Assembly (NCBI GenBank): GCA_963765575.1 | Contig: CAVXWZ010000001.1 | Span: 128,001-192,000, forward strand | DNA: 64,000 nucleotides | Direction of reading: 5' to 3' | Source of the DNA: an uncultured cyanobacterium | GTDB lineage: Bacteria > Cyanobacteriota > Cyanobacteriia > PCC-6307 > Cyanobiaceae | Shown here: piece by piece, positions 9,853 to 19,213 of the stretch | Layout: each line of letters opens with the position of its first letter | How positions within the stretch are numbered: position 1 is the first letter of the stretch | Made by a program: the position numbers and the translations under genes | The notes under the pieces: generated by a model | Seen by the model: only the letters and a program-made list of their open reading frames with translations | What the model was told of the DNA's origin: nothing | Databases searched by the model: none

Positions 9853-9941
9853 GCCGGCCAGTCCCCAGGCAGTCCAGCGGCGCAGTGTGGCAACGGGGTT
9901 GCGAATATCGTTAGGTGAATTGAATTCACTCCCGGAAACAC

Positions 9942-10202
9942 ATGCTGACCCGCCTCACCGTGCTGGGCCTGATCACCCTGGCGGCCAGCTCTCCGGCGCG
10001 AGCCAGCACCCTCGATCAGATCGTGCGCGGCTACTGCCTCAATGCCGTCAACAGTGAGGTCAAGGCCTCCGGCACATCGGCTCCCTCCGGTATGGCCGAA
10101 TTCACCTGCGATTGTGTGGTGAAGGAAATCCGCAAGGGCCAGACGGTGAACCTGGCCACCTCCACCTGCAAGAGCCTGGCGATCAGGAAATTCTCCCTCT
10201 GA
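9942..10202 (+). CDS. small secreted 4-Cys hypothetical protein
   Basis: Signal peptide ending ARA; C...CDC...C pattern. Confidence 0.75.
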   Translation: MLTRLTVLGLITLAASSPARASTLDQIVRGYCLNAVNSEVKASGTSAPSGMAEFTCDCVVKEIRKGQTVNLATSTCKSLAIRKFSL

Positions 10203-10242
10203 TCGGGGCCCCCACAGATCCCCCAAGCGCTTGCTGGCACGA

Positions 10243-10884
10243 TCAGGGCCCCGGGCCACGGCCCTGGTCGAGGCGCTTGAACACCAGCAGGCGGTTGTTG
10301 GCGGGCATCGGTTCATCGGCCAGCAGCTGCAACCCCAGGCTCATGGCCTCTCTGGCCAGTTCCTGGGCGTCCCGCACCCCCATGGCTGGATCGATGGCAC
10401 GCAGGTGGGCATCGAAATCGGCATTGCTGGGGGCGGTGTGCACCAGCCCATCGCGGAACGGCCCGTAGAGCAACAGCAGGCCGCCGGCTGCCAGCACCCG
10501 GGCGGCACCGGCCAGCAATTGCGGCACGCAGACCGCCGGCATGATGTGGCAGGTGTTGGCGGAGAACAGCGCATCGAAGGGGCCCGCTGGCCACGGCTCA
10601 AGTTGGCTGACATCCAGCCCCAGGGGCTCGGCAATCGACGCGCCCGCCGCCAGGCCGCTGCGGCCCTCCAGATGCAGCCGTTCTCTCAGGTCGGCCAGGT
10701 CTGGGCTCAACTCGCTGGGCTGCCAGCGCAGCCCCTCCAGGTGGCGCGCCATGTGCACGGCGTGCTGACCGCTGCCAGATCCCACCTCCAGCACCCTGGC
10801 CGCTGGCGGTAGCCAGGCCGCCAGGCGCTCCAGGATCGGTTGCTTGTTGCGCTCGCAGGCAGCCGAGAATCGCATCGTGCTCAT
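10243..10884 (-). CDS. DUF938 family SAM-dependent methyltransferase
   Basis: [37 protein letters not shown]. Confidence 0.9.
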   Translation of the reverse strand: MSTMRFSAACERNKQPILERLAAWLPPAARVLEVGSGSGQHAVHMARHLEGLRWQPSELSPDLADLRERLHLEGRSGLAAGASIAEPLGLDVSQLEPWPAGPFDALFSANTCHIMPAVCVPQLLAGAARVLAAGGLLLLYGPFRDGLVHTAPSNADFDAHLRAIDPAMGVRDAQELAREAMSLGLQLLADEPMPANNRLLVFKRLDQGRGPGP

Positions 10885-10904
10885 GGCATGGTTCCCTGGC
10901 CGGA

Positions 10905-11754
10905 TCAGCGATCCAGGCCGGACCTCAGCGAGGCGCAGAAGTGTCCCGCCGCCGCGGCGATGGCCCCGGTATCGGCCTGCGGGCCGCGATCGTGGGCGTT
11001 GGCCATCACCTTCACCAGGGCACTGCCCACGATGGCGCCGTCGGCACCCCACTGACGCACCTGGCGGGCCTGGTCGGGTCCGGCGATGCCGAAACCCACC
11101 GCCACGGGCGTGGGGCCGAGCTGCTTTGAGCTGCCGCACCAGCTCGCCCACCCGCGACTCCAGGTTGGTGCGCACGCCGGTGACCCCGGTGACACTCACC
11201 AGATAGGTGAAGCCGCGGCTGGCGGAGTGGATGCGGGCCATGCGCTCGCCTGGGGTGGTGGGGGCCACCAGCAACACCAGATCCAGGCCGGCAGCAGCGG
11301 CGATCGCCGAGAGCCGCTCGGCCTCCTCGAGGGGCAGGTCGGGCACCACCAGACCGGCGGCCCCGGCGGCGGCGGCGTCGGCGCAGAAGGTTTCCATGCC
11401 GCGGTTGAGCAGGGGGTTGCTGTAGGTGAACAGCACCACGGGAATTTGCAGCTCGCCGTGCAGGGAGGCCAGCATCTCCAGCACCCCGGCCGGGGTGGTG
11501 CCGGCGGCCAGGGCCCGGCTGGCGGCGGCCTGAATCACGGGACCATCGGCCAGCGGATCGCTGTAGGGGATGCCCAGCTCCACCAGGTCGGCGCCCTCTG
11601 CCTGCAGCGCCAGCAGCGTGGCGCGGGTGGCGGCCAGGTGGGGGTCACCGGCCATCAGGAAGGGCATCAGGGCGCAGCGCCCCTGCCGCTGCAGCTCGCT
11701 GAAACGCTGCTGGATCCGGGTCGGGGCTGCGGTCACAGGGACGGACACGGGCAC
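10905..11754 (-). pseudogene. trpA: tryptophan synthase alpha chain with +1 frameshift (probably a sequencing error)
   Basis: [17 protein letters not shown] and VSVTGVTG in one frame, PVAVGFGI and ADGAIVGSA in another; extra A at 11125-11127. Confidence 0.9.
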
Positions 11755-11766
11755 GGTGCTGCGAGC

Positions 11767-12102
11767 CTATGCCTCGCCCGTTTCGGCGATCTGGCCCGTT
11801 TCGCGCAACAGCCGCTCCTGCTCCTCAGGGCTGAGGGAGGCAAATTTCCGCTCCAGCTCCTCGCTGGTGTACGTGTCGTAGGCGTCGCGGTAGCTGCGGC
11901 GCTGCTGCATGTAGGTCATGTTGCCGCTCAGGGCCCGCAGCAGGTAGGTGGCGGTCCAGCCCAGCACCACCACCATCAACAGAGCTGAGGCGGCGATTCC
12001 CGCCGAAACGTCCCCGAATCCCCCGACTTGCAGCAGGGCATAGCCACCGCCGCCGAGGCCGAACACCGCCAGGCCCAGCAGCAGCGCCTGACCCTTGGTC
12101 AT
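11767..12102 (-). CDS. DUF3007 family protein
   Basis: Two TM helices, [10 protein letters not shown]; ndhL-DUF3007-trpA synteny. Confidence 0.9.
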   Translation of the reverse strand: MTKGQALLLGLAVFGLGGGGYALLQVGGFGDVSAGIAASALLMVVVLGWTATYLLRALSGNMTYMQQRRSYRDAYDTYTSEELERKFASLSPEEQERLLRETGQIAETGEA

Positions 12103-12368
12103 CGGCTGCCCTGCCCGGCCATGCGCAGATTGATGAACGGCGAGAACAGGATCAGGCCCGGGAAGAACAGGAACACCAGTCCGTAGACGCCGAAGCGCTC
12201 GAACTTGCCCATCACCGTCCAGCGCTTCACCATCCAGGCGTAGAGCGCCAGCGGCACCACCACCAGGTAGGCGCCCGCCAGGCCCAGATAGAGGGCGATC
12301 AGCAGCAGGGTGTCAGGCGACAGCCCCAGCACCGGCGGCAGGGTGATGGCGAGCGGGCCCCCGGTCAT
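12099..12368 (-). CDS. ndhL: NDH-1 subunit L
   Basis: YLVVVP...KFER...[19 protein letters not shown]. Confidence 0.95.
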   Translation of the reverse strand: MTGGPLAITLPPVLGLSPDTLLLIALYLGLAGAYLVVVPLALYAWMVKRWTVMGKFERFGVYGLVFLFFPGLILFSPFINLRMAGQGSR

Positions 12369-12544
12369 GGAGGGCTTGGGGGATAGCCCGGGTGTGAGCA
12401 CCGATTTCAGCACCGATGACAGCGTGCTAAGGGCAACGCGAAGGGCAGCGGCAAGGCACTCAGGGGCGAGGGACGGGAGGCGGTGACGAGAGCGGGGCCG
12501 ACGAGCGGCTGCGGCTGGAGTGGCGGGGGGCTGGAGCGGATGGG

Positions 12545-12622
12545 TGGTGCGCCCGGCGGGACTCGAACCCACACTGGAGTCATTTTAAGTGACCTGCCTG
12601 CTACCGATTGGGCTACGGGCGC
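12545..12622 (-). tRNA. trnL: tRNA-Leu(UAA), short variable loop, encoded CCA
   Basis: GCGCCCG/CGGGCGC acceptor, GGTCA-CTTAAAA-TGACT anticodon arm, TTCGAGT T-loop, ACCA end. Confidence 0.9.
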
Positions 12623-12904
12623 CTGGCCGGGCCGATCGAGCGGACTGAACCGGCGAACTGAGTGTATGGGTGACGATTCGCTGCGCCCACGTTCGGTTGC
12701 TGGCCCTGAATGGCTAAGGTGATTTCATTCGGCTGAAGCCGGCGGAGTTTCCCGCGCAGGCCGATCCAGCACCCGTCCTTCCCCTGCGCTTCCTGGGGAC
12801 GGGTCAGTGTGTCGCGAGTCGACCCTGAGCAGCCCAGATGCCGTGATTCCCCACCTGGGGGATCTGCTCTGCAGCGGTGCGTCATCCATATCCGACCCAA
12901 TCCA

Positions 12905-13102
12905 ATGTCCAGATCAACCCGTTCAACTGTCTCCAATCCGGTCGCCGGCCGCACCCATGGCCGTCGCGCCGCTGCCCCGTCGAGTGGCGCCTGGGCCCAG
13001 TCCCTGGGCGGTGCACCTCTGTCGTGTCCGATCCGCCGGCCGTCCCACCGTGCTGTCAGCGAAGCTCCGCTCACCTGGGAGGACCTGCTGGGCCGCCGCT
13101 GA
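12905..13102 (+). CDS. putative small protein (65 aa)
   Basis: ORF ending LTWEDLLGRR, followed directly by hairpin tcgcaccc/gggtgcga. Confidence 0.4.
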   Translation: MSRSTRSTVSNPVAGRTHGRRAAAPSSGAWAQSLGGAPLSCPIRRPSHRAVSEAPLTWEDLLGRR

Positions 13103-13151
13103 GTCGCACCCAGTGACGGGTGCGAGTATCAAGCCCTGGCCCCTCCCGCTG

Positions 13152-14231
13152 ATGCCGATGCTGCCCAACCTGGCCGCCATCGTGGCGGGGATCGTGGTGC
13201 TGTTCGCCGGTGGCGAGCTGTTTGTGGCCGGGTCCACCGCCGTGGCCCTGCTGCTGGGGATTCCCCAGATCGTGGTCGGGCTCACCGTCGTGTCCCTGGG
13301 CACCAGCGCGCCGGAGCTGTTCGTGAGCCTGCTGTCGCTGCTTGAAGGCGGGGAGGCCACCGCCATCGCCGCCAGCAACGTGGTGGGCAGCAACATCTTC
13401 AACGTGCTGGTGGTGCTCGGTCTGAGCGCCCTGGTGATGCCCATGCGGGTTCGCAGCCGCCTGGTGCGGCGCGATGTGCCCCTGCTGATCGCCGTGTCGA
13501 TGGTGGTCTGGGGCATGGCTTCGGGCACCAGCCTCACCTGGCAGGCGGGGCTGGCCCTGCTGGTGGGCCTGGTGATCAACGTGATCTGGGAAATCCGCAC
13601 GGCCCGCGAGCATCCGGAGGAATCGGAGCAGGAGGCCCACAGTGGCTCCAGCCGCTCCCCGCTCCAGGCCGGTCTCAAGCTGACCTTTGGCCTGGTGCTG
13701 CTGGTGGTGGGCTCCCAGGTGCTGCTCAGCGGAGCCACCGGAGCCGCCGAGCTGCTGGGGGTGAGCCAGACCCTGATCGGCCTCACGATCGTGGCCGCCG
13801 GCACGTCGCTGCCCGAGCTGGTGACCTCCCTGGTGGCGGCCTACCGCGGCAGCGCCGACCTGGCGATCGGCAACGTGGTGGGCAGCTGCCTGATCAACCT
13901 GCTGCTGATCCTGGGCCTCTGTGCGCTGGCGTCAGGGCCTGCCGGCCTGCCGGTGGATCCCCTGCTGGTGCAGCGCGACCTGCCGGTGATGGTGCTCACC
14001 ACCCTGGCCTGCCTGCCGATCTTCTGGACCAATGGCACGATCAGCCGCCTGGAGGGGGGCTTGCTGGCGGGTCTCTATGGCCTCTACCTGACCGAGCAAC
14101 TGCTGAGCAGCACCGTGCCCTGGGCCACGGACGGCTACCGCCAGGTGGTGCTGGTGGCGGTGCTGCCGCTGGTGCTGGTGTTTCTGGTGTGGCAGGTCCT
14201 GGCCTCCCGGCAGCTGCGGCTGCGCGGCTGA
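13152..14231 (+). CDS. calcium/sodium antiporter (CaCA, YrbG-like)
   Basis: Duplicated GTSAPE/GTSLPE and NVVGS motifs. Confidence 0.92.
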   Translation: MPMLPNLAAIVAGIVVLFAGGELFVAGSTAVALLLGIPQIVVGLTVVSLGTSAPELFVSLLSLLEGGEATAIAASNVVGSNIFNVLVVLGLSALVMPMRVRSRLVRRDVPLLIAVSMVVWGMASGTSLTWQAGLALLVGLVINVIWEIRTAREHPEESEQEAHSGSSRSPLQAGLKLTFGLVLLVVGSQVLLSGATGAAELLGVSQTLIGLTIVAAGTSLPELVTSLVAAYRGSADLAIGNVVGSCLINLLLILGLCALASGPAGLPVDPLLVQRDLPVMVLTTLACLPIFWTNGTISRLEGGLLAGLYGLYLTEQLLSSTVPWATDGYRQVVLVAVLPLVLVFLVWQVLASRQLRLRG

Positions 14232-14233
14232 GC

Positions 14234-14938
14234 TCAGCTCGCGGGCAGCTTGGCCAGGGCTTTGGTGGTGCCCATCACCACCAGCAGCTCTCCGGCCTGC
14301 AGCACCTGGGAGGCGGGGGGATTCACGGTCAGCGCGTTGTCGGGGCCTGCCGCCAGCACGCTGACGTCGAAGTTCTTGCGCAGGTTGAGGTCGCGCAGCG
14401 ACTGCCCCACAAAGGGTTCGGGCACCCGGATCTCCTCGATCGAATTGCGGTCGTCGAGGCGCAGCCGGTCGAGCAGGTTGGGCCGCACCAGCTCCATCCC
14501 CAGCCGGTGGCCCTGCATCTTCGAGGGGAAGATCACCCGGTCGGCCCCAACCCGTTGCAGCATCTTCATGTGCAGGTCGTTGGTGGCGCGGGCGATCACC
14601 TTCTGCACGCGGCTGCCCTCGCTGTCCTTGGCGATCAGGGTGGCGGTGACGCTGGCTTCGATCGGCTCGCTCATGGCCACCACCACGGTGCGCACATCGA
14701 GCACCCCGGCCTCACGCAGGGCCTCCTCGTCCGTGCAGTCCACCACCCGGGCCTGGATGGCGGGATCCACGTGGCGCAGGGCGTCAATGGCCTTCTGGCT
14801 GTTGTCGATGGCCAGCACGTCGCGTCCGGCTTCGCAGAGCTCGCGGCAGACGGCCGTGCCGAAGCGGCCCACGCCGATCACCGCAAAGCCTCCCTGGGAT
14901 GTGCCCTCGGCCGGATTCCAGTGCCACCAGTTGGCCAT
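14234..14938 (-). CDS. ktrA: Trk/Ktr K+ uptake RCK subunit
   Basis: VIGVGRFG Rossmann motif, GADRVIFP, TrkA-C domain. Confidence 0.9.
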   Translation of the reverse strand: MANWWHWNPAEGTSQGGFAVIGVGRFGTAVCRELCEAGRDVLAIDNSQKAIDALRHVDPAIQARVVDCTDEEALREAGVLDVRTVVVAMSEPIEASVTATLIAKDSEGSRVQKVIARATNDLHMKMLQRVGADRVIFPSKMQGHRLGMELVRPNLLDRLRLDDRNSIEEIRVPEPFVGQSLRDLNLRKNFDVSVLAAGPDNALTVNPPASQVLQAGELLVVMGTTKALAKLPAS

Positions 14939-14963
14939 CGGTGCTGCGTGAGATGGGTTCGAA

Positions 14964-16388
14964 TCAGATGTAGAGCTCTTCGCGGGGGTAGCCCACCCGC
15001 GGCTGGGGCCGGCTGCCGTAGAGGGCCGAGAGCAACAGCAGGATGCCCAGTCTGCCCACGAACATGCCCACCATCAGCACCAGCTGGCCCCAGCGGTTGA
15101 GCTGGGGGGTGACGCCCAGGTCGAGGCCCACGGTGGCAAAGGCTGACATGCAGGTGAACAGCCGCTCCAGAAAGCTGAATTCGGTGCCACCCGCGGAGCC
15201 CGTGCCCGTGGCGCCCAGGCCCAGCACCAGGGCCATCAGCAGCACGAAGATCAGCGAGGCGATCGTCACGCCGATGGCCCGCAGCACCACGGTGGCGGGG
15301 ATCTGCCGCTGGTTGATCACCACCTCCTCGCGGCCCTGCAGGGTGGACCGGGTGGCCCCCATCAAGGTGGCGAAGGTGGTGGTCTTGATGCCGCCACCGG
15401 TGCTGCCGGGGCTGGCGCCGATGAACATCAGCATGATCAGCAGCAGCAGCCCGGCATCGGAGAAGGTGGCGCTGGAGAAGATCACGGTGCTGAACCCGGC
15501 CGTGCGGGCTGACACCGACTGGAACAGCGTCACCTGGAGCTTCTGGACCAGCTGCAGGGACTGGATCGCCCCGCCGGCGGCGAACTGCTCGGTGAACATC
15601 AGCCCCAGGGCGCCCACCAGGATCAGGATCAGGCTGCTGCGCACCACCAGTCGGGTGTGCAGGTTGAACAGCTGCAGCCTGAAGCCATGGCGGAGCCGGC
15701 GCAGGCGACGGCGATTGCTCCACAGGTCGTTCACCACCCTCCAGCCCAGGCCACCGGTCACGATCAAGGCGGCGATCACCCCGTTCACCACCGTGTTGTC
15801 GCGGTAGCGCATGAGGCTGTCGCTCCAGAGCCCGAAGCCGGCGTTGTTGTAGGCGCTGATGGCATGGAACAGCGAGGCCCAGAGGCGCTCCAGGGGGTTG
15901 CTGATGTCGGAGAAGCCGAAGCCGTAGAGCACGGCGGTGCCCAGGGCCATCACGCAACTGCCGCTGATCAGGATGCGGTTGAAGGTGGGCCCGATGCCGC
16001 CGACGCCGAATTCATCCAGCGCCCGGCCCCGATCCAGCCTCGCCCGCAGGCCCCCGTGCCCCTGCACGAAACCCTGCAAGAAGGTGGTGATGGCCATCAG
16101 GCCCACACCGCCGGTGATGATCAGGGCCGCCAGCACCAGCTGCCCCACCAGGGTGAGATCCTCGCCCACGTCGATGATCGAGAGGCCGGTCACGGTGATG
16201 GCCGAGGTCACCGTGAACAGGGCTTCCCACAGCCCCACCCCGGGGCGCGAGCAGAGCGGCGTGGCCATCACCAGGGTGCCGGCGGCGATCACCAGGGCGC
16301 CGGTGAGCACAGTGAACTGCGGCACCGTGAGCTGCTGGCGCCACTGCTTGAGCTGGAACCACTGGGGGCCACCGCGAGCCGAACTCAT
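14964..16388 (-). CDS. ktrB: Trk/Ktr K+ uptake membrane subunit
   Basis: SAITVTGL, SAYNNAGF, ARTAGF, STGGGIKTTT, SAFATVGL. Confidence 0.92.
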   Translation of the reverse strand: MSSARGGPQWFQLKQWRQQLTVPQFTVLTGALVIAAGTLVMATPLCSRPGVGLWEALFTVTSAITVTGLSIIDVGEDLTLVGQLVLAALIITGGVGLMAITTFLQGFVQGHGGLRARLDRGRALDEFGVGGIGPTFNRILISGSCVMALGTAVLYGFGFSDISNPLERLWASLFHAISAYNNAGFGLWSDSLMRYRDNTVVNGVIAALIVTGGLGWRVVNDLWSNRRRLRRLRHGFRLQLFNLHTRLVVRSSLILILVGALGLMFTEQFAAGGAIQSLQLVQKLQVTLFQSVSARTAGFSTVIFSSATFSDAGLLLLIMLMFIGASPGSTGGGIKTTTFATLMGATRSTLQGREEVVINQRQIPATVVLRAIGVTIASLIFVLLMALVLGLGATGTGSAGGTEFSFLERLFTCMSAFATVGLDLGVTPQLNRWGQLVLMVGMFVGRLGILLLLSALYGSRPQPRVGYPREELYI

Positions 16389-16819
16389 GCCCCGCCGGGA
16401 GCATCCATCACGGTGCTGCCGCCCTGGCCCGGGCGCGGCAGCGAGGGCGGACAGGGGCCGTCGCGATCGGAGCGGAACACCAGCTCCATGGCCGGCAGGT
16501 GGGTGTGCACCAGCTCCACCAGCCGCTCGAAGGTCTTCATGGTTTCCGGTGCGCGCAGCCCCATCGGCTCGCGGCTGAGCAGCACCAGTTCCAGCGTCCT
16601 GCCGCCCGCCTGGGACTGGACATCGGCGAACAATTGCATGCGCTGAACTTCCCCACCCTGCTTCAACAGGGCCCCGAGGTGGGCTGGGGTGCGGTGATCC
16701 ACCTGGGCGCTGAGCCCGTCGAGCACGGGCGCCAGGCAAGCGAGGAGCTCCTGGGCGGGCTGGTTGCCGGCGCCAGGGACCGACCCGGTGGGCTTGAGAA
16801 CCAGCAGGAACCGGGCCAT
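16385..16819 (-). CDS. hypothetical protein, first gene of ktr operon
   Basis: Stop/start overlap with ktrB; host-like codon bias. Confidence 0.7.
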   Translation of the reverse strand: MARFLLVLKPTGSVPGAGNQPAQELLACLAPVLDGLSAQVDHRTPAHLGALLKQGGEVQRMQLFADVQSQAGGRTLELVLLSREPMGLRAPETMKTFERLVELVHTHLPAMELVFRSDRDGPCPPSLPRPGQGGSTVMDAPGGA

Positions 16820-16864
16820 GGCCGCCTTGATCGGCTAAGACGCTACTGCGTGCGCCGCCTGCGG

Positions 16865-18058
16865 ATGCCTCGCCCCCATTCAGAAGCGATCGCCGTGATC
16901 GGCGCGGGGGTGGCGGGCTGTGCGCTGGCGGCCCAGCTGCGCCGGGGGGGCCATCGCGGCGAGCTGTCCCTCTGGGAAACGGGTCGGGGGCCGGGAGGGC
17001 GCGCCAGCACCCGGCGCTCTCGCCGCGATCGGCAACTGGCGCTCGACCATGGTGCCCCCCAGCTGAACATCACCGCCCAGCCGCCGCCGGCGCTGCTCGA
17101 GCCGCTGCTGGCGGGGGGCTGGATTGAGCCCTGGCGTGCACCGGTGGCGATGCTGGAGGGCGAATCGCGCCTCAACATCGGCCGCTCCGATGTCCTCGGG
17201 CTGGGCCAGCTCTACCGCGGCCGCGGCGGCATGGACCAGCTCAGCTCGGGGCTGCTGGCTCTGACCGGCGACTGCCCCGTAACGGCCCATTACGGCGTGC
17301 TGGTGCGCCATCTGGAACGCTCCAACGGGGGGCGCTGGCGACTGCTGGATGCCGCTGGCCAACGGCTGGGCGAGGCCGACTGGCTGGTGCTGAGCGGCAC
17401 CCTGCTGGCCCATCCCCGCAGCCGGTTGATCTTCGACTGGCCCGACGTGCCACTGGAGAAAGCCACCCGCGGCGGCCAGGATCTGCAGCTCGCCCATGCC
17501 CTCACCACCCTCGCCGGCATCCACTTCGAGGCCCGCACCAACCTGCTGCTGGTGTTCCGCGGCGAGGCGGCGGCGGCCTGGCGGGCGCTGCCGTTCACGC
17601 TGGTGAGCTTCGACGCCGCCGCCCAGCAGCGCTGGGGCCTGCGGCGCGTCAGTATCCAGCCCCTCGCCGACGGCCGCTGCGCCGTGGTGGCCCACTCCAC
17701 CGATACCTTCGCCGCCGACCATCTCGATGTGGTGGGCAGCGGCTCGGCGGCGGCCCGCCTGCTGCAGCCGCAGCTAGAGGCGGGCCGGGAGGAGGTCGTG
17801 ATCGCGGCCCTCAGCCAGGCCCTGGCCCAGTGTCTGGCCCCCTGGATCGGAGGGTTCGACCCGCAGCGGGCGAGTCCCCGGCTGATGCGCTGGGCCGCCG
17901 CCTTCCCGCTGCCGCCGGGCTTGCCCCCCTCCCTGGCGCTCTGCGCCGGCAGCCGGGTGGGATTCTGTGGCGACTACATCGCCGGCGTCGGTTTCGGCCG
18001 CATCGAAGGGGCTCTGCACAGCGCCGAGCGGCTGGCGGCCGCCCTGCTTGCGGTCTGA
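16865..18058 (+). CDS. renalase-like NAD(P)/FAD-dependent oxidoreductase
   Basis: IGAGVAG, GGRASTRR, DHGAP, FCGDY...IEGALHS. Confidence 0.88.
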   Translation: MPRPHSEAIAVIGAGVAGCALAAQLRRGGHRGELSLWETGRGPGGRASTRRSRRDRQLALDHGAPQLNITAQPPPALLEPLLAGGWIEPWRAPVAMLEGESRLNIGRSDVLGLGQLYRGRGGMDQLSSGLLALTGDCPVTAHYGVLVRHLERSNGGRWRLLDAAGQRLGEADWLVLSGTLLAHPRSRLIFDWPDVPLEKATRGGQDLQLAHALTTLAGIHFEARTNLLLVFRGEAAAAWRALPFTLVSFDAAAQQRWGLRRVSIQPLADGRCAVVAHSTDTFAADHLDVVGSGSAAARLLQPQLEAGREEVVIAALSQALAQCLAPWIGGFDPQRASPRLMRWAAAFPLPPGLPPSLALCAGSRVGFCGDYIAGVGFGRIEGALHSAERLAAALLAV

Positions 18059-18100
18059 GGGCGACCCCGGCCCCTGGCGCCAACGCCGGGGCTGACTACC

Positions 18101-18391
18101 GTGGGCGCCATGTTCAGCCCCTTCGGCGACTGGCTTCCCGAGGTGGTGGTGTTCCACCCGCTGCGCTTCGAGGATGCGCAGTCCATCGTGCATGCGGTGA
18201 GGGAACAGAAAACCGCCCTGGTCCATGCCGGTGCCATGGACAGGGGGGAAGCGCAGCGGCTGATCGACTTCGTGGCCGGTGGGGTGAGTGCCATCGACGG
18301 CCGGGCCGAGTGTCTCGATGAGCTCACCTTCGTGTTCACCCCGGAGATCGTGCAGCTGACGCGGGACGGCGCCGGCGGCGTGTCTCGCTGA
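18101..18391 (+). CDS. SepF-like protein
   Basis: P-x-x-FEDAQ, AQRLIDFVAGG, FVFTP. Confidence 0.8.
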   Translation: MGAMFSPFGDWLPEVVVFHPLRFEDAQSIVHAVREQKTALVHAGAMDRGEAQRLIDFVAGGVSAIDGRAECLDELTFVFTPEIVQLTRDGAGGVSR

Positions 18392-18407
18392 AGGCAAGAG
18401 CCAAGGG

Positions 18408-18650
18408 TCAGTGGGTGGCCAGCACGGTGCTCAGGGGCAACCAGCAGCCCCCTGGCGCCAGCTTCTCCACCAGCAGCGTCTGCTGGCGCTGGCGCGCCTC
18501 CAGCAGCGCGAAGGTCTCGGCGGCGTCGCGGCTGGGAAAGCGTGGGGCCTGCACCTGCTGGGGCACGCTCTGTTCGCGCTCCACATGGGCGCGGACGCGA
18601 TAGGGCCCCTCGCAAGCGGGATGGTCGTTGGGCAACTGGTCCATGGCCAC
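18408..18650 (-). CDS. hypothetical protein
   Basis: Fills gap between sepF-like and hli; LLVEKLAPGGCWLP. Confidence 0.6.
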   Translation of the reverse strand: MAMDQLPNDHPACEGPYRVRAHVEREQSVPQQVQAPRFPSRDAAETFALLEARQRQQTLLVEKLAPGGCWLPLSTVLATH

Positions 18651-18727
18651 GATTCTGGAGGCGTTGCGGCGCCAGACCCCAGGGCTTCGGACTTTCCTTG
18701 GCTTGTGGCGCCACCCCCCGCAGGCGC

Positions 18728-18755
18728 TTCACATGGTGTTACAGTTTCGAAATAC
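18728..18755 (+). promoter_or_regulatory. HLR1-like (RpaB) direct repeats upstream of hli
   Basis: TTCACATG-gt-GTTACAGT-tt-CGAAATAC, 10-bp period. Confidence 0.45.
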
Positions 18756-18770
18756 CCCGCAACATTTCCC

Positions 18771-18914
18771 ATGGACGACACCTCCTCCCGCTTCGGTTTC
18801 GTGGCTTTCGCTGAAACCTGGAATGGCCGCCTTGCCATGATGGGCTTCGTCATCGGCCTGACCACCGAGCTGCTCACCGGCCAGGGCATCCTCTCCCAGA
18901 TCGGCCTGGGCTGA
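18771..18914 (+). CDS. hli: high light inducible protein
   Basis: AETWNGRLAMMGF...ELLTGQGIL. Confidence 0.95.
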   Translation: MDDTSSRFGFVAFAETWNGRLAMMGFVIGLTTELLTGQGILSQIGLG

Positions 18915-19028
18915 ACTCAGAGAACCTTTCTTTGAGCCGCTTGAATCGCTCAGCGGCTTGAATCGGTTCAAGTCATCCGATGATCCCGTTGGCTTTGGAG
19001 ATGGTTGCGGCTGATTGCTGCTGACCAC

Positions 19029-19056
19029 GGCCCCTGGCGATAGCTGGGGGTTTTTT
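19029..19056 (+). terminator. Rho-independent terminator
   Basis: ggcccctggc-gata-gctggggg followed by T6. Confidence 0.7.
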
Positions 19057-19089
19057 ATTGCCTGCCCGTCCTTCCCCTCTTCCCTCGCC

Positions 19090-19203
19090 ATGGCCAGTCC
19101 CCGGGAACCCTCAGCCATCGTGGTGAAGCTGCAGATCCTGGCGGCAGTGGCTGTGCCGATGGTGCTGCTGGGGCTGTGGCTGCGCTCCCTGGGATTCTGG
19201 TGA
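19090..19203 (+). CDS. small single-TM protein (37 aa)
   Basis: MASPREPSAIVVKLQILAAVAVPMVLLGLWLRSLGFW. Confidence 0.6.
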   Translation: MASPREPSAIVVKLQILAAVAVPMVLLGLWLRSLGFW

Positions 19204-19213
19204 ATCTTGGCGT

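Noticed and set aside
10243..11754. 503-aa TrpA-DUF938 fusion ORF
   Set aside because: Explained by a single-base insertion in trpA; both genes have their own termini.
12545..12622. Group I intron or integration site at tRNA-Leu(UAA)
   Set aside because: The anticodon loop is uninterrupted; no duplicated 3' end or integrase was seen.
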